A DNA stretch of 64,000 nt from Eledone cirrhosa (taxonomy: Eukaryota): contig OZ024756.1 in NCBI GenBank assembly GCA_964016885.1, forward strand, positions 8,990,001 to 9,054,000. The letters are read 5' to 3'. Below, piece by piece: positions 61,092 to 64,000 of this stretch. The notes below the pieces were generated by a model. It saw only the letters and a program-made list of their open reading frames with translations. It had not been told where the DNA came from and ran no database searches. Numbering within the stretch: position 1 is the first letter of the stretch; every line of letters begins with the position of its first letter. Position numbers and translations under genes: made by a program.

Positions 61092-61720
61092 TAGTGTCAC
61101 GTGTGGGACAAATCCAGTCGACTTTCGAGTCCATAGTAAGGATCAAACCGCCACCTTCATTTAAAAACGAAGGAGAGGCGGTTTTCCTCTGCATGGTGGC
61201 TATGGTGAAAGAAGTAATATGGTGGACGAGATTGAGAGGACTGAGGACAGATACCTTTCTCTCCGGACAACAGCTCATTCTCTTCTTTAGATACCACTTC
61301 AGAAGGAGAATCAGAGTGGAGAGAGAGGCACTGCACCCCAGTAAATTTACTGAAAGGTGGCTGAATGTGGCGAGAATGGCCCGAGTGATTGGGCCTTCTC
61401 TGTATATAAACCTGTAGGTTGAGGAAGGGAGGGAAAAGAAGAAAGGAGCACTTGCAAAACATGCTCCTGGAGTTGAGGGTTGTTCTATCTACGGGGTTTA
61501 AAACAACCCATTTGCAACGCCTCCCCTCTATTGGGGATTTCGATTGTTAAATTTTTTAATGTTATAATTTTACTCTTTTTACACGATTGTATGTAAAATC
61601 CCCGCCATGTCCTTGTATTGTCCCATTTCTTGTGCGCCCTTGTCGCAAATATCTTTATAGTATTGAGCACTTTCTTTATCCTTATAAAGATATACATATA
61701 TTCTCAACGCTTAAAACCCG
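61092..61720 (+). mobile_element. Tx1/L1-group LINE 3' fragment (ORF2 C-terminus plus 3' UTR)
   Basis: VAMVKEVIWWTR...FRRRIRVERE..F.ERW resembles the C-terminal IW..R / F...W motifs of Tx1/L1 ORF2. Confidence 0.6.
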
Positions 61721-62232
61721 AGAATTCGGCTTCGAACATTGTTTACTATCTTTCATCCATTCGAGGTCAATAAGGTACCAGTCTACTACTGGTGTGTCGT
61801 TTCTTCCTCTATATCTATTCCTCACTTCCTTCGCACTTCCTTTCTCCCACTCTCTCTATCCTTCTCTGGAAGAAATCTGTTGTACTTAGGCCTAGAGAGG
61901 GGATGGGCTCCGCCATGTTTAAAATTGCACTCAGAGACGCCATATGCCAATACAGCGCCCCCTACGACTCTCTTGGGAGTTACGTGTCCTTACCATCCCA
62001 TACTTTAAGAATAAAATGATTTAATTTTAAGGTTTGAAGTTTAAGTATTGCGCGTATGTAAACGATTTATAGAAGTCTCTCAAACCATTGTGAAATGCAC
62101 GGTTTTCCTGCCTGCATAAATTAATGAGGACTAGCTGTCATGGCGGGTTATTTATGTCTGTTTCAATACTTTAAAATCTACTTTAAAATCTTTAAACTGA
62201 TGCTTCAGATTTTTTCAGAATTATAGCAATAA

Positions 62233-62575
62233 TAATTGTTTCTACTTTTGGCACAAGGCCAGCAATTATCCCAGTACATTACTGGTACTTTATTTTATCG
62301 ACCCCGTAAGGATGAAAGGCAAAGTTAACCTCGGCGGGATTTCAACTCAGAATGGCAAGGGCCGTAACTCTATGCTGCAAAGCATGGTGTCCATGGCAAT
62401 AATAATGTTTCTACGTTTGGCACAAGGCCAGCAATTACCCCAGTGCATTACTGGTGCTTTATTGTATCGACCCCATAAGGATGAAAGGCAAAGTTAACCT
62501 TGGCAGGATTTGAACTAAAAATATAAAGGGCCATAACTCTATGCTGCAAAGCATTTTTTTCGACGCTTTACCGCC
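62233..62575 (-). mobile_element. Two tandem SINE copies
   Basis: SINE tail, core and B-box twice. Confidence 0.85.
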
Positions 62576-62669
62576 CTTAATAATAATAATAATAATAATT
62601 TGAAGAAGAAGAAGAAGAAGAAGAAGAAGAAGAAGAAGAAGAAGAGCAAGAAGAAGAAGAAGAAGAAGA

Positions 62670-63083
62670 AGGTCCGGGAAGGGAAGAAAGCTAGAGAGAA
62701 AATATGAACTTTCATCTGGAGAAGTTCTAATATCATCAAAGAAAACTCTAAAACAAAAAGTCCAAGTAAAAGCTCAAAGAATTCGTAAATTCGAGAAGCG
62801 AAACAACTTCTACAGACAAAATAAGTTGTTCACATCCAATGACAAGTCATTCTAAAGGGAATGAGAAAATACTTATTGAAGACCCTCCTTCCATGGAGGT
62901 ATGTGGAATTACCTTCTTCCAAAGAACAATGAAACTAAAGATAAAAAAAACTATCGGCCCATAACCTGCTTGGCCACCATAAAATATTAACCTCTATTCT
63001 CATGGAGAAAGCATGTGTTTATGGAGGAGAACAATCTTTTCTACATTGAACAAAAAGGGTGCCGACGAGGTTCGTATGGTTGT
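62670..63083 (+). mobile_element. Degraded R4/Dong RT fragment next to (TAA)n(GAA)n
   Basis: QNKLFTSN, KNYRPITCLAT, KILTSIL and EQKGCRRGSYGC across frameshifts. Confidence 0.75.
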
Positions 63084-63315
63084 GCACCCGTTACTCCCGA
63101 GATCGTAGGTGTGACATATTGATATACGGCGTTTCTAGGGCGTTTTTTTAAACCTAGTGGAGCCCGTCAATTATGAACTTATGAAACTGAAAAAAAAAAG
63201 AGAGAAAAGACCCTTTATATACTACACCCACAAAAATACATGGACTGTTCCAGAAAATAACCGCTTATGTCGTGTGATTTCATTATATAAATTTGAAAAC
63301 TTCTTTGCCCACTTA

Positions 63316-64000
63316 TTACTGGGTGGGTCGTGGGAGCAGAGTCCTCATCAGACAAACCTTCCAGAGGATTTCTTCTTCTTCTTCTTCTTCTTCTTCTTCT
63401 TCTTCTTCTTCTTCTTCTTCTTCTTCTTCTTCTTCGTCTTCTTCTTCTTCTTCTGCTTCTTCTTCTTCTTCTTCTTCTTCTTCTTCTTCTTCTTCTCCTT
63501 CTTCAGAGGGTCGTGGCAGCAGAGTCCTCAAACACTCCCACTAGTGGGTCCTGTCAGAAGCAACCGTCTCCAACTGATCACGCTGGATCCCCAAGCGAGA
63601 CCAGCCAAGCTCATGGATGTTATCCAACCATATTGCTCGGGGTCTATCCCTGGCTCTCTTGCCGGTTGGTTTTGCTCATAAAATCTGTCCAGCAATTCTT
63701 TCCTGAGACATTCTAACCCCATGACCATAGTATCGGAACTGTGATCTCTCAATTCGCACTTTATCGAGAACTCTATCGAGTAACGTTACTCCAAAGACCC
63801 TTCGGAGGAATCCCATTTCGACCACTTGTATTCGAATCGTACTCTTTTGGTCATTACCCAAATAAGGGTTGGCACGAAAACCAAATTGAAGATAGTAAGT
63901 TTCTCTTTTACACCTACCTCCCTTCTTCTGATTACTGAATGCCGAAGCTGGCGCATTACTGCATCAGCTTTTACAATTCTTGCACTTAATTCAGCCTCCT
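63316..64000 (-). mobile_element. RTE-clade (Rex3-like) LINE 3' part with (GAA)n tail, running off the window
   Basis: ARIVKADAVMRQL..., EMGFLRRVFGVTLLDRV, ERSQFRYYGH, WLDNIHELGWSRLG, LRTLLPRP. Confidence 0.85.

Overview
AT-rich, repeat-saturated eukaryotic (metazoan) non-genic or intronic DNA. The mix of huge (TA)n/(TACA)n/(ACC)n tracts, tRNA-derived SINEs and these LINE families suggests an octopod cephalopod (inference). I can support no host protein-coding gene; almost all ORFs in the track are microsatellite or satellite artefacts. Retroelements: a near full-length R4/Dong-type RLE element (4998-9138) plus two fragments, a CR1/L2-group LINE with one in-frame stop (38544-40934), four Penelope-like elements including a Naiad-like copy with an inverted pLTR and a 3.9 kb satellite inside it, and RTE/Rex3 and Tx1/L1 fragments. 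Other repeats: a non-autonomous Helitron, about 15 SINE copies, five copies of a ~610 bp RTE-derived non-autonomous element, and 42, 35, 24 and 20-22 bp satellites. The most striking signal is a set of short non-coding elements sitting in (TA)n that carry minimal type I hammerhead ribozyme motifs (about 15 motifs from about 9 apparently unrelated families) and often form near-perfect palindromes with a one-sided tail. One family occurs twice (18376-18787, 34644-35048) with a hammerhead in each arm, a 10 bp central spacer flipped between the copies, and copy-specific variants mirrored in both arms. This points to hairpin-primed copy-back propagation, probably parasitising Penelope machinery. 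All folds and alignments were done by eye.
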